From a virus (Duplodnaviria > Caudoviricetes), in IMG/VR virus record IMGVR_UViG_3300042892_000300, positions 1 to 55,423 of that record: a DNA stretch of 55,423 nucleotides. One strand, written 5' to 3'. The translations under genes were made by a program, and so were the position numbers. Each line of letters begins with the position of its first letter. Within the stretch, counting starts at the first letter, position 1. Shown one piece after another: positions 34,393 through 43,665 of this stretch. The notes beneath the pieces were generated by a model that made no database searches, was not told the DNA's origin, and was given only the letters and a program-made list of their open reading frames with translations.

Positions 34393-36106
34393 GTTGAAAG
34401 GTACCCGGGGTAGTAAGCCCCGCACCTCCCATTCCTTCAACGGGGACTGCCCCGTACCGCGTGACTTCCTTGTCACCAATCGTAACGGTTTGCCCTGTGG
34501 GGTTATAGTAGAAAGCCTGACCTGTCGCCTTGTCAGTAATGATTGCGCCTTCGCCCATCACCCTGACATCGACTCCACGCTGCTTCATACTCTCCAAAGC
34601 TCGCTGTGTATTACCCTGCATCTCAGTCACAGCAAGTGTTCGGATAGATGTTGCCAGTTGATTTGCTGCGTCTTGCGATGACTTAATATTACCCTTGAAC
34701 TGTTCTTTGCTGATGTCGAGATTGTAATCAAATATCTTCGCTGACTGCGCAGCGATTGCCGCTTCGCGGCTGGTGCGCCACGCCGTGTCGAACATAGCGC
34801 GGGCGCGGCCAACCACATCATCTCGGGACAGGTCCCTAGCAATCGTCGTGGTCTTGTCGCCGGTATCAAGTCGGACGATGTTGAACTTACCATCATCCCG
34901 TGGCTGCACCGCCACAGGTACGCCCATGTAGTGGGTCATGATTGCATTCAACCGACGTGGGTCATTCAACGACCCGAACTCAAGGATACCTTGAGTGCCC
35001 TGCATCACGGCCATGTTGTTGTCGATCTGGTCGATGACGCCCTTCAACTCAAAGAACTTGGCGCTGTCGGCTGGCGACCGTGCCCGCGCATAGATCGTCG
35101 CGAGACGTGCAAGTTGCTCCCGCTTCGTCATGGCGTTCTGCATCTCAGGCGAGATCGCCTGCGGGTTTCCGAGATACCACTCGACGGGGTTCTGACTGGC
35201 CTGTGCCTGAGCTTCAGGAGTTGGGGCCGAGACCGAGGCCACGGGTGCTTCCTGATTGACCTGCGTCGTCACCTGTTCAGTTACAGCCTGCTGCTGGGCC
35301 TTCTTCGTTGCCGGTGTCTGCACACCAGCGAGTGGTACCTTCGCTGCTGCCTTCGCTGCTGCCTTTGCTGCCGGGGCCTTGGTAACTTCCTTATAGAACG
35401 CAACTGGGTTCGCCTCTGCCGAGGCCAGCATCTCAGGGTTGGCCCGGAAGTACTTGTTGGCGGCAGGGGACTTATACCACTGGGCGGCGGTATCACCCGC
35501 TTCCATCTGGCGCTTCTCGGTCTGGGATGCGAATGGTTTGCGGATGGTGCTAAAAGGTACATTAGCCGCTACCACCAGACCTGATAGTCTGTTGTTTAGT
35601 GTTGCTTCGTTCTGGGCCTGAATACGACCCTGCGTCACATCTGATGCATTAGGATCAATCCGGCGGAACCCAGCTACACCTTCGCCTAGCCGGTCGCCCG
35701 TCTTTGGGGCGGCAACCGCAGGGACTTTGGCCGCGACAGCGGGCTTAACCGCAGGGGCCACGGGGGGAGTTGCAGCAGCTTTAACCACGGCTGCGGGCTT
35801 AACCACAGGAGCCACGGCTGCGGGTGTGGTCCGCAAGACAGGCAGACCAGTAGCGGGAAGCTGCACACCAGCCGAAGTAGCAGCAGGGGCTGTGGGCATT
35901 ACACCACCGGGAGGTGTCAACCCGGGGACAATCTGCTGGCCGATAAGATTGGAAGCCTCAGCCTCCAGTTCCTTCATCTTCCGCGCTTCGCGGTTCTGGG
36001 CCTCGATAGCCAGTTGGTTCTGGCGATCCAGACGTGCGGCCTGCTTCGCTTCGTCGAACGACGTAACGCCTGCACCTGCGGTAGCGAGAAATGATCCCAG
36101 AGACAT
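34388..36106 (-). CDS. Internal virion/DNA-ejection protein
   Basis: 572 aa Ala/Pro/Gln-rich, AGGAG RBS, middle of three ejection-type genes. Confidence 0.65.
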   Translation of the reverse strand: MSLGSFLATAGAGVTSFDEAKQAARLDRQNQLAIEAQNREARKMKELEAEASNLIGQQIVPGLTPPGGVMPTAPAATSAGVQLPATGLPVLRTTPAAVAPVVKPAAVVKAAATPPVAPAVKPAVAAKVPAVAAPKTGDRLGEGVAGFRRIDPNASDVTQGRIQAQNEATLNNRLSGLVVAANVPFSTIRKPFASQTEKRQMEAGDTAAQWYKSPAANKYFRANPEMLASAEANPVAFYKEVTKAPAAKAAAKAAAKVPLAGVQTPATKKAQQQAVTEQVTTQVNQEAPVASVSAPTPEAQAQASQNPVEWYLGNPQAISPEMQNAMTKREQLARLATIYARARSPADSAKFFELKGVIDQIDNNMAVMQGTQGILEFGSLNDPRRLNAIMTHYMGVPVAVQPRDDGKFNIVRLDTGDKTTTIARDLSRDDVVGRARAMFDTAWRTSREAAIAAQSAKIFDYNLDISKEQFKGNIKSSQDAANQLATSIRTLAVTEMQGNTQRALESMKQRGVDVRVMGEGAIITDKATGQAFYYNPTGQTVTIGDKEVTRYGAVPVEGMGGAGLTTPGTFQP

Positions 36107-36124
36107 GTAGGCTCCTACCTAATC

Positions 36125-37207
36125 TTAGCCGATGGCGCTGGGTGCAGACTGGAACCCACCGATGACGGACCCAAACAGCTTCGCGATATCGGCGGCTTGC
36201 TGGCGCTTGGCTTCCTCAGCCTGCTTACTCAGCCCAGAAATCCGACTCGCCTCCTCAGTCGATGAAGGGAACGCGGAGGGAAGTGACGCCAGACCGGCTT
36301 GCCGCACTTTCAACTGGCTTTCTAAACCGGTGCCGTAGCCCTGCTGGAAAGCGGAACCCGCTGAACGCGAAGTATCCAGACGCCCACGGCGGCGCTCAGC
36401 GGAAAGTCGTTCACCTGTTAGACCGCGTGTAGACTCCGCAGTTTGAATGCCACCCTTAGTAATAGCAGCCTGCGCGGCTTGTCGCCCGAAGTAGTTGGGG
36501 TCAAGTTGTTTAGCTTGATTAAGAAGACCCACCGATTCAGAGAGCCGAGTGTTGTACAAGTTCTCGTTCTGTGCCCGTGCTTTCTCAAGCTCTGCCATCT
36601 GGATACCAGTCAGCGTGTTGGCAACGCCACCAGAAGCAGCCAGACCACCTACTAGCTTTGGCGCGACACTCTGAAACACCGGGTTGGATACGATCTTGCC
36701 AGCGGTGGCACCAAGACTACTTAACGCACCACTCAAGCCCCCGCCGCCAGCGGAGGCCGCAGCAGGGAGGGCCGCACTGATCCCACCAATACCAGCACCG
36801 ATGCTCGCCGCACTCGGCACCGCGCTTGGTGCCGCAGTGGCAAGACTACTACCGATAGTCCCGAGATTGCCGAGATTAGTTGCGGCGTTCGCTCCTCCAG
36901 CAAACGTAGAGCCTGCTGCGCCCGCCGTACCTGCGGCTGTGCCCGCCGTACCTGCGGCTGTGCCCGCCGTACCTGCGGCTTTTGCAGCACCAAAGAGCGG
37001 ACCAGCACCAGCACCAATGCCACCCGTGATAGCCCCGACGAGAGGGTCACCACCAGTAGCCGCGCTGACACCAGCACCGAGACCCGCACCAATAGCGATG
37101 GTGGCGATAGTGCCCGACACACCGATAGCTCCAGCGATGAAAGGCGCAGCGTAGGGGATGGCGATCATTGCAGCAACCGAGACGATAATTTTAAGTGTCT
37201 TGCTCAT
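36125..37207 (-). CDS. Internal virion/ejection (pilot) protein, P22 gp7/T7 gp14-like position
   Basis: 360 aa, hydrophobic Gly/Ala-rich N-terminal half, helical C-terminus. Confidence 0.65.
   Translation of the reverse strand: MSKTLKIIVSVAAMIAIPYAAPFIAGAIGVSGTIATIAIGAGLGAGVSAATGGDPLVGAITGGIGAGAGPLFGAAKAAGTAGTAAGTAGTAAGTAGAAGSTFAGGANAATNLGNLGTIGSSLATAAPSAVPSAASIGAGIGGISAALPAAASAGGGGLSGALSSLGATAGKIVSNPVFQSVAPKLVGGLAASGGVANTLTGIQMAELEKARAQNENLYNTRLSESVGLLNQAKQLDPNYFGRQAAQAAITKGGIQTAESTRGLTGERLSAERRRGRLDTSRSAGSAFQQGYGTGLESQLKVRQAGLASLPSAFPSSTEEASRISGLSKQAEEAKRQQAADIAKLFGSVIGGFQSAPSAIG
36920..36980. repeat. 21-bp tandem repeat x3 (GCCCGCCGTACCTGCGGCTGT)
   Basis: Visible in sequence; encodes AGTAAGT repeats. 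Confidence 0.85.
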
Positions 37208-37647
37208 CGGTGCGCTCCCAGAGACATTCGCATATAGGCACAGGACTTATCAAACCCGAACTTGTTAGTGTATAGCATAGCCCGTTCGGCAGGGACATAG
37301 GCATCTAAGAACTCAATCTCGTTGGCCTTCAGCCACTCGATGATAGACTTCCAGTACCGACGCTTGAATGTGATGAGATGCTTGCCTGCTAACGCAATGA
37401 GGTCTGCCCCCTTGTGGCCGTTGGCCATATGGAACTGGATACCCACGGTGCAGACTGGTTTGCTGTCTATCATACCACAGAAGATGACGGCTTCGCCTGC
37501 TTCAGCAACGCGCCGTACATAGGCTGCGTCCATCTCGTCCTTGGCGATCTCGTTACCCACCGCAGCTTCTTCAAACAACGGTTCGAGGTAGGACCACAGT
37601 TCGGCAACACGCGCGGGGACAAGCATCTCGATAGTGATGTCGGTCAC
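37204..37647 (-). CDS. Putative GNAT-fold virion assembly protein
   Basis: 147 aa before ejection genes; LYTNKFGF motif. Confidence 0.5.
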   Translation of the reverse strand: MTDITIEMLVPARVAELWSYLEPLFEEAAVGNEIAKDEMDAAYVRRVAEAGEAVIFCGMIDSKPVCTVGIQFHMANGHKGADLIALAGKHLITFKRRYWKSIIEWLKANEIEFLDAYVPAERAMLYTNKFGFDKSCAYMRMSLGAHR

Positions 37648-38456
37648 GATACGTCCTTGTACTTTTCAACAAGGTTATCGAAGAACTCTTTGCCCTTCAT
37701 CTGGACGACGTTCTTGGGGATGACGTACTCACCTTCGTGCGCCATGATGGGGACGGCATCGTCCTCTTTACCCTCAACTTCGCCGCCTTCTTTCATCGAC
37801 TGCATGGCGGCGGGGCTACCGCCTTGCATCATGTTCTGCCCGCCCAAGCCCTGCTGCACAGACTTGGCGACGAGTTGCAGCACAGCTACCAGACCGGCAT
37901 CGTACTCCTGAGGGAGATCAGCTTCAGTGGCGAGACCGTTTTGAATCGCGAACTGCCTGATCTGAGGGTACATATCCGGGTTACCAGCGGCAACCGAAGT
38001 CAACTGCACCATCATGTTTAGTTCTTGCGGGGTCAGTTCCCCGATCTGCATGGCGCGTAGCACCATCTGCCGGATTTCCTCAACCTGCTGCGGGTTCTGG
38101 GACACGAACTGATCTGTCTGTGCGTCCATAACCTTGGGGTCGATTGGACCCTGCGGGGTTGACGGCGAGACACCAGCGGTTGGTGGCATCGGAGTGCCAC
38201 CAGTACCAATCATACCGCCGTCCTGATAGGCCGGGAGTGGTCGTGGGCCTGCTGCGGCACCCGGAGGTGTAGTACCCATACCGCTGGACAGACCAGCGAC
38301 CGAGGTCATCGGGGGTTGAGCCGCCGAGGTAGGAGCCGCGCCCGGGGCGGGCTGAGATAGGATACTCAGCAGCGCAGGTGGTAGGTCGAGCGACGTAGTG
38401 GACGCTGCGGTACTACCGCGCTGAGTGTCCAGAATCGCCATGATCGGATTGTCCAT
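37644..38456 (-). CDS. Virion-associated protein
   Basis: YQDGG and GGEV.G..D.VPIMAHEGEYVIP..VV...G motifs common in phage virion proteins. Confidence 0.6.
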   Translation of the reverse strand: MDNPIMAILDTQRGSTAASTTSLDLPPALLSILSQPAPGAAPTSAAQPPMTSVAGLSSGMGTTPPGAAAGPRPLPAYQDGGMIGTGGTPMPPTAGVSPSTPQGPIDPKVMDAQTDQFVSQNPQQVEEIRQMVLRAMQIGELTPQELNMMVQLTSVAAGNPDMYPQIRQFAIQNGLATEADLPQEYDAGLVAVLQLVAKSVQQGLGGQNMMQGGSPAAMQSMKEGGEVEGKEDDAVPIMAHEGEYVIPKNVVQMKGKEFFDNLVEKYKDVS

Positions 38457-38457
38457 A

Positions 38458-38805
38458 TTACCCTCGTAACTGCGTGATCAGCGCGTTCAGTGTAGCTCGC
38501 AGAGACGCTACATCATTCGCCAGTGATTGTACATTACTAACAAGGAGAGTGTAGTCTCCCAACGTAGGAACCGCTCCGCTACCAACACTAAAACCTGCGC
38601 CTTGTGCCGTTACCCGCTGCATGGTCTGGGCTGGGGCACCAGTTATAGTAACGCCCCCCTTGGTTATTGCCTGACTGGCACCATCAACTTCGCCGCGCGT
38701 ACCAGTGAGTAGCTCGACGTTCTCTTTCAGTGCCGACAAGGTGATGTACTGCCACGGCGAGACATCAGTCTGCGGGATTTGTGGGATTGCGGTGAACCTA
38801 GCCAC
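38458..38805 (-). CDS. Small tail protein (needle/plug-like)
   Basis: 115 aa after nozzle; C-terminal heptads VQSLANDVASLRATLNALITQLR. Confidence 0.5.
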   Translation of the reverse strand: MARFTAIPQIPQTDVSPWQYITLSALKENVELLTGTRGEVDGASQAITKGGVTITGAPAQTMQRVTAQGAGFSVGSGAVPTLGDYTLLVSNVQSLANDVASLRATLNALITQLRG

Positions 38806-41243
38806 TATGCTTCCCTCAACCCAGTGGGGGTCTCTGCGAGGTGGATAGCACGGATACGGACTGTACCTTCCACACTCACTTCGAAGGTATCCGAGCGATA
38901 CCCCGTAGGGAGGCGGAACACAGTGCCGCTGTTCAGCGAAGACTCGTAGATAAGCGCCTTGTCGACCCAGAGTTTGAACGTGACTTCATCCCCCGCAGAC
39001 CACAGCATCGTCTCGCTCTGCCACTGCTGTGTGGCAGCATTCCACAGCGTGGTGATAGATGTGTAGTCGGCGATTACCCGAGCGGCACCGAGGTTCAACA
39101 TGTCCTTGGTCTTGATGACCTTAGACTTCCAAGTCTGTACAGACGGCGGCTGTGTTAGATCATCCCACTGATAGATGTCTCCGTCGCTGCCGTCGACGTA
39201 GAACAGATGTCCAGCTACAGGGTCGTACCAAGAGGCAGAGAAGCTGTAGTCTAGGTTGACATACTGCCCTCCTACCGATGGAACTGGTTCGAAAGTGAAC
39301 CCTCCCGTAGAGTGCGAAGCTAGATAAGCATCACCGTAGAACGCGCCGACAACGGTAGAGGGGTCAAGCTCCTCGCTCCATGTATCATTGTTGAAGTTCG
39401 TCTTGGTTGCGAGCATCGGACCGCCACCGGTAGAATACACAGCCATGCCATCATGAGACGGCCAGATAACTCCATAGTTCATGGAGACGATACCCTTGCG
39501 GTTGAGGCAAGGGTACAGAACATCGACACGCTGGACAGTTATGACCGCTGGGTCGTTGCCTTGTAAGATGTATGGGTAGCCCTCAGTCAGAACGAGGATC
39601 GAGCCATTGGTCAGCGCAAGCCCTACGATGTTGTACTCAAACGTCTTGGCATAAAGCTGCGGCCATGCGTGGGGCCTCCCGGGTTCCGAGAGATACAGCT
39701 TGTTACCCACAAAGCCGACGAGGATATTATTCTGTGCAGCGATCACCCCCTGCAAGTCGTTCGGTGGTGCATCATACTCATCGGACGCGAGCACGTCGGC
39801 CAAGTTCAGTGGATCGAAGTCGTCGATGAAAGCATAGTTACCACCGTCGCCCCAGTAGCGCGCCGTGTCTGTAGTCTGGTCCTCGCTCACATCCATGAAC
39901 ATGGTGCCTGCGGCCACGGTTGTGCTGGCAACATTCGCCGCCGTCTGCGCATACTCAAACGTGTAGTCGTCGACGATGTCAGTCACGATACCACCGGAGA
40001 TATCGAACGACGCCTGTGAGCAGCCTGAAATCTTGAACCGATCTTCGATGCCGAGATTGTGCGGGAAGGCCAGCGTCACTCGCGATACGTTCGCTGTGCG
40101 CTGCACCAAGGTCAGCGCCGTAGGGAACCACAGGGTCTTGAGTCGGAAGTACTCCGCATCCCCCGCTGTAGCGAGAGTGCGATACAGTCGAACACCACGG
40201 ACGAAGTTGTTCCCCTCCGGCTTCGCAGTGGGTAGGTCAGGGATCGTGACGATCACCCCATCCTTGACGTAGATATCAGTAGAGGGGTCGGACGCAATTG
40301 ACTCCTCGTCCCATGGCGTCATCCATGTGAAAACATACGAGCGCGACTGCGGAGGGCTACCTAAGTCGACCCGACCTGAGTAGTTGGTCGTCGTCGTGAC
40401 TCTGGGTCCGGGGCTGAAGTAGGTGAACGACGTGTCGTTCACCACTGTGATCGCGGTGCTTGTCGCGTTGAAGGTACGGATGTCCATGCGGACGCCGCCG
40501 GTCAGACTCTCGATTGTTGGGACCGTGATGGTGAAGGTCCCCGAGGTTACACCCGAGATAACGTAGCTGCCGTTTGCCGGACGTGGGTTGTCTCCGGCGT
40601 TGCCGCCAGATGTGAACTCTAGGGTGACAGACGCGCCGTCTGATAGGCCATGGCCACTGATGCTGATTGTGACAGTCGAGGACGACTGAGAGTACGTCCC
40701 GCCCATGAACGTGAAGCCCGTGATCGTGACGCTCGCACCGTCACGCAGACCGTGAGGGGTAGTCGTTACAATCGTGGCCGTGTTGTTGACATCACGCGCG
40801 TAGCTCACCGTAGTCTCGGTGGCAAACTCAGTCACTTCTGTTGTCAGCTTCTCAGTCGGAAGCGGTAGGCCGAGGTCGTAGTACCCAATGGGGTAGGCAC
40901 CGACACCCGTGGTAGCCAGCAGATAGTTGCTCACCTTCGGGACGCCGTCCCCTGTGTAGTAGAACCGTTGGTCGTCCAGTTCAGACGCGGTCACGATAGC
41001 GATGTTCACATCGGTCAACCATGACAACCACTTGTAGGCCCCTCCGCTATCACGCAAGGCGTAGAGAGTCCGGATTACGCCAGTACGCCCGCAGTTGTCG
41101 GTGATCACGGGTTGCGGGTACGGGATCAGATCACCCGAGTAGAGCTTACAGTTGTTGGCAATCTGACTGGCAGTATCCGGCAGCAACTCCGGAGATACCT
41201 TCGGCGCAATGCCGAGGAAGGTTGTGATCTTGACGCCAGCCAT
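38805..41243 (-). CDS. Tail nozzle/stabilisation protein (P22 gp10-like) with inserted beta domains
   Basis: 812 aa; F.GIAP, LYLSEPGRPHAWP, YPCL..KGIV, WKSK, FRLP.GY motifs. Confidence 0.7.
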   Translation of the reverse strand: MAGVKITTFLGIAPKVSPELLPDTASQIANNCKLYSGDLIPYPQPVITDNCGRTGVIRTLYALRDSGGAYKWLSWLTDVNIAIVTASELDDQRFYYTGDGVPKVSNYLLATTGVGAYPIGYYDLGLPLPTEKLTTEVTEFATETTVSYARDVNNTATIVTTTPHGLRDGASVTITGFTFMGGTYSQSSSTVTISISGHGLSDGASVTLEFTSGGNAGDNPRPANGSYVISGVTSGTFTITVPTIESLTGGVRMDIRTFNATSTAITVVNDTSFTYFSPGPRVTTTTNYSGRVDLGSPPQSRSYVFTWMTPWDEESIASDPSTDIYVKDGVIVTIPDLPTAKPEGNNFVRGVRLYRTLATAGDAEYFRLKTLWFPTALTLVQRTANVSRVTLAFPHNLGIEDRFKISGCSQASFDISGGIVTDIVDDYTFEYAQTAANVASTTVAAGTMFMDVSEDQTTDTARYWGDGGNYAFIDDFDPLNLADVLASDEYDAPPNDLQGVIAAQNNILVGFVGNKLYLSEPGRPHAWPQLYAKTFEYNIVGLALTNGSILVLTEGYPYILQGNDPAVITVQRVDVLYPCLNRKGIVSMNYGVIWPSHDGMAVYSTGGGPMLATKTNFNNDTWSEELDPSTVVGAFYGDAYLASHSTGGFTFEPVPSVGGQYVNLDYSFSASWYDPVAGHLFYVDGSDGDIYQWDDLTQPPSVQTWKSKVIKTKDMLNLGAARVIADYTSITTLWNAATQQWQSETMLWSAGDEVTFKLWVDKALIYESSLNSGTVFRLPTGYRSDTFEVSVEGTVRIRAIHLAETPTGLREA

Positions 41244-41257
41244 GGTATTACCTTAAC

Positions 41258-41470
41258 CTAAGTTCCCTTCTGGGGACAGTCTGAATCGCACAGACACACC
41301 CACTTAGAGTTGTGCGCCTCGATTACCGCTACCGTCTCCGGTGTGTCTCTGATGCCGTCGTACCCCAGTGGTTGGGCGATAGCACAATAGCTATCGAGTG
41401 GTACGAGTCCGGTCAAAGCGGTTGCGCAGCCGCTCATCACGGGCAGGATCAGACACAGCGACAGTCGCAT
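41258..41470 (-). CDS. o-spanin (Rz1-like lipoprotein)
   Basis: MRLSLCLILPVMSG-C lipobox; overlaps the i-spanin 3' end in another frame. Confidence 0.75.
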   Translation of the reverse strand: MRLSLCLILPVMSGCATALTGLVPLDSYCAIAQPLGYDGIRDTPETVAVIEAHNSKWVCLCDSDCPQKGT

Positions 41471-41612
41471 CGGCCAGTTCAATCTTGCTTTCCACAACAT
41501 CAGCCGTCTCCTTTATGACTTCCTGCCGTCCCTGCTTTATCCAATGCTCACGGTCAAAATACGCGAATGCCCGTTCGATCAGAGCCAACAGGGACGACAG
41601 GAGCCGGATCAC
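41391..41612 (-). CDS. i-spanin (Rz-like)
   Basis: Hydrophobic N-terminus, charged helical C-terminus, after holin. Confidence 0.65.
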   Translation of the reverse strand: MIRLLSSLLALIERAFAYFDREHWIKQGRQEVIKETADVVESKIELADATVAVSDPARDERLRNRFDRTRTTR

Positions 41613-41782
41613 TCGGCGTGGTCTGCCAAGACGATAGCAATCAAGCCAGCGACGGCAGCAATGGCTGAAGCCGCAGCAGCATAGAGATCACTGGAGACGC
41701 CGAGCGCCAGCGCCAGACCCGATAGGCCCGCGTAGGTCGATGGTTCTTTCAAGCGGTTCAGAACGAAGTTTACGATAGACAT
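41609..41782 (-). CDS. Holin
   Basis: 57 aa from ATG 41782; RLKEPSTYAGL plus two hydrophobic segments; after endolysin. Confidence 0.75.
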   Translation of the reverse strand: MSIVNFVLNRLKEPSTYAGLSGLALALGVSSDLYAAAASAIAAVAGLIAIVLADHAE

Positions 41783-41784
41783 GT

Positions 41785-42177
41785 TTAAGTTCCTTTCGGG
41801 TATAACTTCCAAGGCAATTCCCAGTGCGGGCCGTCCTTGAAAGTTCGCCAGTCGCCGCCCCAAACGAGCGGGACACTCTCGGCCAAAGCAGCGGCCTTTA
41901 TGATCTTAGCCAGCCGGTGATACAGAGGCCAGTCCCAAGATACGCCATCGCCTACCATTGGCGCAAGATCGACAGCGTGGCCAGTCAGGTGACGCGAGTT
42001 CAGCGTCTTGGTGGCACCGTTCTTCATCAGCACCTGTTGCCGCGCCAGCGTCCGCCGTCCCTCTAGCACCGTGAAGTCCAGATCGGACATGACCGCCGCG
42101 CGCTTTACGACACGCACTAGATCGGGATGCACATCCTGAAGGCGTGATAGCGAGCGCGGGCCTAGAACGATGCTCAT
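41785..42177 (-). CDS. Endolysin, M15C L-Ala-D-Glu peptidase
   Basis: VHPDL, EGRRT..RQ, SRHLTGHAVD, WGGDW...DGPHWEL. Confidence 0.92.
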   Translation of the reverse strand: MSIVLGPRSLSRLQDVHPDLVRVVKRAAVMSDLDFTVLEGRRTLARQQVLMKNGATKTLNSRHLTGHAVDLAPMVGDGVSWDWPLYHRLAKIIKAAALAESVPLVWGGDWRTFKDGPHWELPWKLYPKGT

Positions 42178-42180
42178 ATG

Positions 42181-43227
42181 CTATTCCTTCTGCCGCAGGA
42201 ACGTGAGGAAATCTGCCGCCATCTCGACGTTATCGAACGCCTGTACCAGCGGGCGCTGGCCGGGGCGTGGCGTCACGACTGTCACCACCGACTGCCCGTC
42301 GCGCTGCTCCGTGAACTGGCCTTTGAGGGCGTAATCATCCGCATCTTTGTAGCCACGCGCCCGCACCAGACAAGCCCTGCGCCCGCCGGGTAGCTCGACG
42401 TTGCCAGTCGCAAACGTGTGGATATGAAACGCCGCGTAGATGTCGGCGTGTTCGTCCATCATCGCCGCGCGTTTCAGGCCGTGCAGTTCGTTGTAGATCG
42501 AGCTACCCTTGAAGTTGTGCCGCGCCCAAACTGTAGCGTCTGAATTATCTGGCGACACCAGTTTCAGTTTGGCGTCCCAGTCGCGCATCAGGATGCGGTT
42601 GGTGTTGAGGCCCTCGAAGATGCGCTTGCCGGTATTCCACGTGTCGTGGTTCCCGAGCAGCCAAATCAGCCACCGGACACCTAAATCTTTCAACAGCCAT
42701 TCGACTAGTTCCCAGCCTTCGGACACCGTGGCCGACTGCTCGCCATAGAGCCGTTCCAGCCGACCGACCCAGTTGTTGATGCTATCGCCGCCATTCGCGC
42801 CGTACATGCCCTCGGTCTCGGCGCAGATGCGGGCATGACGCTCCACACTGTCGAGGTCGCAGAACGGATCGTCAAGGTGCGGATCGCCAAACCAACAGAT
42901 TCCGTATGGCCCGGAGATCGGAACCCGCACAGTCTGCCATGATGCAGCGCGGGCGTGATTGATGCGGAGATTGTTCCGCGCCTTCATGGTTGCCAGCCGC
43001 TCGCCAAACGGTAGGTCCGACGGCGGCAGAGGCTCAGCAACTGTTGCCTGATGCGCTAAACTGGCAGTCACAAAGTCAGCACCAAAAGTGCGCTTGAGGG
43101 CCTTTTGGATTGCACTGCGAGTACAGTTTAGTTTGTCGGCAGTGGCCTGCTGATTGCGCCCACACGCTTCCCACACGGCGATCCGCTCGGCGTCGATAGC
43201 CGCGAGATCAGTGTGTTGATTGGGCAT
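42181..43227 (-). CDS. Calcineurin-like metallophosphoesterase with N-terminal HTH
   Basis: GDPH, GGDSIN, GNHD, RH, FHIH; N-terminal GRNQQATADKLNCTRSAIQ; ATG 43227 (TAATG overlap). Confidence 0.85.
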   Translation of the reverse strand: MPNQHTDLAAIDAERIAVWEACGRNQQATADKLNCTRSAIQKALKRTFGADFVTASLAHQATVAEPLPPSDLPFGERLATMKARNNLRINHARAASWQTVRVPISGPYGICWFGDPHLDDPFCDLDSVERHARICAETEGMYGANGGDSINNWVGRLERLYGEQSATVSEGWELVEWLLKDLGVRWLIWLLGNHDTWNTGKRIFEGLNTNRILMRDWDAKLKLVSPDNSDATVWARHNFKGSSIYNELHGLKRAAMMDEHADIYAAFHIHTFATGNVELPGGRRACLVRARGYKDADDYALKGQFTEQRDGQSVVTVVTPRPGQRPLVQAFDNVEMAADFLTFLRQKE

Positions 43228-43379
43228 TACTTCTTGCTCTTGGCTTTCAGCAGGCACTTGCCAGCAGCTTTGCACTTGGCTGGCGATGGGCACTTCGCGC
43301 ATGGCTTGAACACCATGCCGCCTTTTTTGAACGTCATTGTAGGCTCAGTGGTCCGGGGGCCGACATATTTAGCGGGCAT
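43227..43379 (-). CDS. 50-aa basic Cys4 microprotein
   Basis: Read by hand: MPAKYVGPRTTEPTMTFKKGGMVFKPCAKCPSPAKCKAAGKCLLKAKSKK*. Confidence 0.65.
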   Translation of the reverse strand: MPAKYVGPRTTEPTMTFKKGGMVFKPCAKCPSPAKCKAAGKCLLKAKSKK

Positions 43380-43662
43380 TACGGTCTTCCTTCTTGTTGA
43401 GCTTTTCGAACAGTACGTTCAGTGTGTCATCGACGTGCTTGAAACCGGCTTTCATATCGTGGCGTATGTCGCGCAAGTCAGTCTTAATGTCCGAGATCGC
43501 ATCCTTGAAGTCGTCCTTACGCACGTAGACCTCCGGCAAATCCTTCTCGATGGAACGCAGATCGTCCTTCAAGTCGCGGATTGCATCCCAGATAACTTTG
43601 AGAATCCAACCGATGGACGCCCCAAACCCTGCGAATAGCCAGTTGATAATCGTCTGATCCAC
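43369..43662 (-). CDS. Membrane-anchored coiled-coil protein (lysis-cassette associated)
   Basis: N-terminal TM segment, YVRKDDF motif, heptads. Confidence 0.65.
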   Translation of the reverse strand: MDQTIINWLFAGFGASIGWILKVIWDAIRDLKDDLRSIEKDLPEVYVRKDDFKDAISDIKTDLRDIRHDMKAGFKHVDDTLNVLFEKLNKKEDRNAR

Positions 43663-43665
43663 AGT

